Assembly: GCF_018977255.1 (NCBI RefSeq)
Contig: NW_024704742.1
Span: forward strand, 7,256,001-7,320,000
Source of the DNA: Callorhinchus milii
Taxonomy: Eukaryota
Direction of reading: 5' to 3'
DNA: 64,000 bases
Below the pieces are notes generated by a model. The model was not told where the DNA came from. It saw nothing but the letters and a program-made list of their open reading frames with translations, and did not search any database. Positions 62,720 through 64,000 of the stretch are shown here, piece by piece. A program made the translations under genes and the position numbers. Position 1 is the first letter of the stretch, and every line of letters starts with the position of its first letter.

Positions 62720-63140
62720 ATACTACTAATTATAATCCTTACTTGATGTAGCTCCTTTCATGGCAAGAGGGTGGCCGAATGCGCTTTACAGAATTTATTG
62801 TAAAATGTAGTGACTGTGTATTTTGTAGGCGAATGCAGCAGTTACGTTGCATGCAGCAGTGTCCCACAAACTGAAGTGAATAACCAATTTTCTCCGGTAG
62901 ATTGTTGGACCCAGGACACCAGGGAGAAACTTTTTTTTGGAAATAATGCCATGAAATCTTTTAACATCCACTTGAGCAGGCAAACGGGATATCAGTTTAA
63001 AGTATTGCATAAAAGGATGGCACCTTTGACAATGTGGTGCTTCCTCAGCATTATATTAGAGTGTCAGCCTGGTCTCTGAACTCTAAAGAGTCCAAACATT
63101 ATAGGCTTAAGAAGAGAAAGTGCTACTGATTGGGCAAGAC
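62720..63140 (-). mobile_element. DeuSINE
   Basis: Reverse-complement Deu body (ccaggacaccagggagaaact..gccatgaaatcttttaacatccacttga). Confidence 0.7.
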
Positions 63141-64000
63141 TGCATACATTAGAGTTTACATCAAGGACTGGTACAAACTCAAACCACGACCATGTGTCGT
63201 TAAAACCGTTTTACAAGTAACGACCAACAGGTTCCTGGAAAATCTCATCCTAGCCAACATTGTCGATTTTTTTTCTTAAGTTTTCTCGCCTAGGTTTACA
63301 ATCATAAAATTTCTTTATTTTTGGTTAAAATGTAGATTCGGGGCAGTGTTTGTCGTGATTGTACTATTAACTGAGCTGAGAATTGTTGCCCTTCCTCTGA
63401 ATGGCAGTATCACCTGTGTTTATAACCTTCTGTACAACCGAACTTCAAACCCTCGGCTTGAGTGACCTTTTTTTTGGACTTTGCGTGTATCTAATTGAAT
63501 CGAGGTGTAAAAGATCAGCTGGCACACCGGGAGAATAGACGTTAGCTGGAGTAAGCTGTTTTGTTGTCAAAAGCGCTGTTCAGAATTCAGGCCAAAAAAA
63601 AAATCTTTTTTTCTGAATCTGAATGGGCATTATTTATATATTTTCCCTAGATTTTCCCATTTTAACTTGAGGTGTTCATTGCCCCATTCCACAGCAGCGG
63701 TGAGGGAGCTCACACTGGACAAAGCGAAAGCTACAGGAGGGAAATTCGACTCAATTTGCTGAAGTGGGCAATTCTGACTCAGGATCTGCTAATGTGTTAG
63801 CTTTGTGTTAAGCATGATAACCCGATCACTGTACACCTGCAAAATCATAACCGAATCCCCGTGCTGTCCTAATGTGGGTTGTGTTTAGTCTTGTGTGGTT
63901 AATTTGATTTCTTAACTCCTAAGCACCCACAACAGTGGGTGAAATTGCACACAGACCCAGACAACACAAAGTCTCTTTAAGTGTTGTCTGAAAGTAACAC

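Noticed and set aside
1..64000. CRISPR arrays, operons, rRNA or prokaryotic defence systems
   Set aside because: None seen; the dispersed repeats are eukaryotic retroposons without regular repeat-spacer periodicity.

Overview
Vertebrate genomic DNA, not microbial. The repeat content (tRNA-Ala/CORE/Deu SINEs with an L2-type tail, CR1 and L2 LINE fragments, a shark-type Penelope end) points to a cartilaginous fish, probably a chimaera; this is inference from recalled repeat families. About 1-54 kb is repeat-rich with no recognisable protein-coding gene. A CpG-island promoter at about 54.05-54.67 kb carries four alternating ZNF143-type ACTACAnnTCCC motifs and drives an ANKRD50(-like) gene on the + strand: candidate non-coding exon 1 ending at 54670, a low-complexity intron, and a first coding exon (ATG 58573, donor after 59030) encoding the N-terminal P-loop domain. 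The rest of that gene lies beyond the window. Most notable observations: (i) a minimal Penelope-type hammerhead ribozyme at about 61.8 kb; (ii) a pogo/Tigger-like MITE with four perfect PBX-PREP/MEIS decamers in hairpin pairs; (iii) an intron built from nested complementary simple repeats; (iv) an unclassified A-tailed retroposon with eight co-oriented copies and a visible empty-site paralog; (v) a chain of candidate minus-strand exons suggesting a divergent spliced transcript; (vi) a chimeric CORE+Deu SINE with a young subfamily whose 3' stem-loop co-varies with the L2 tail. Repeat boundaries were read by eye and are approximate.
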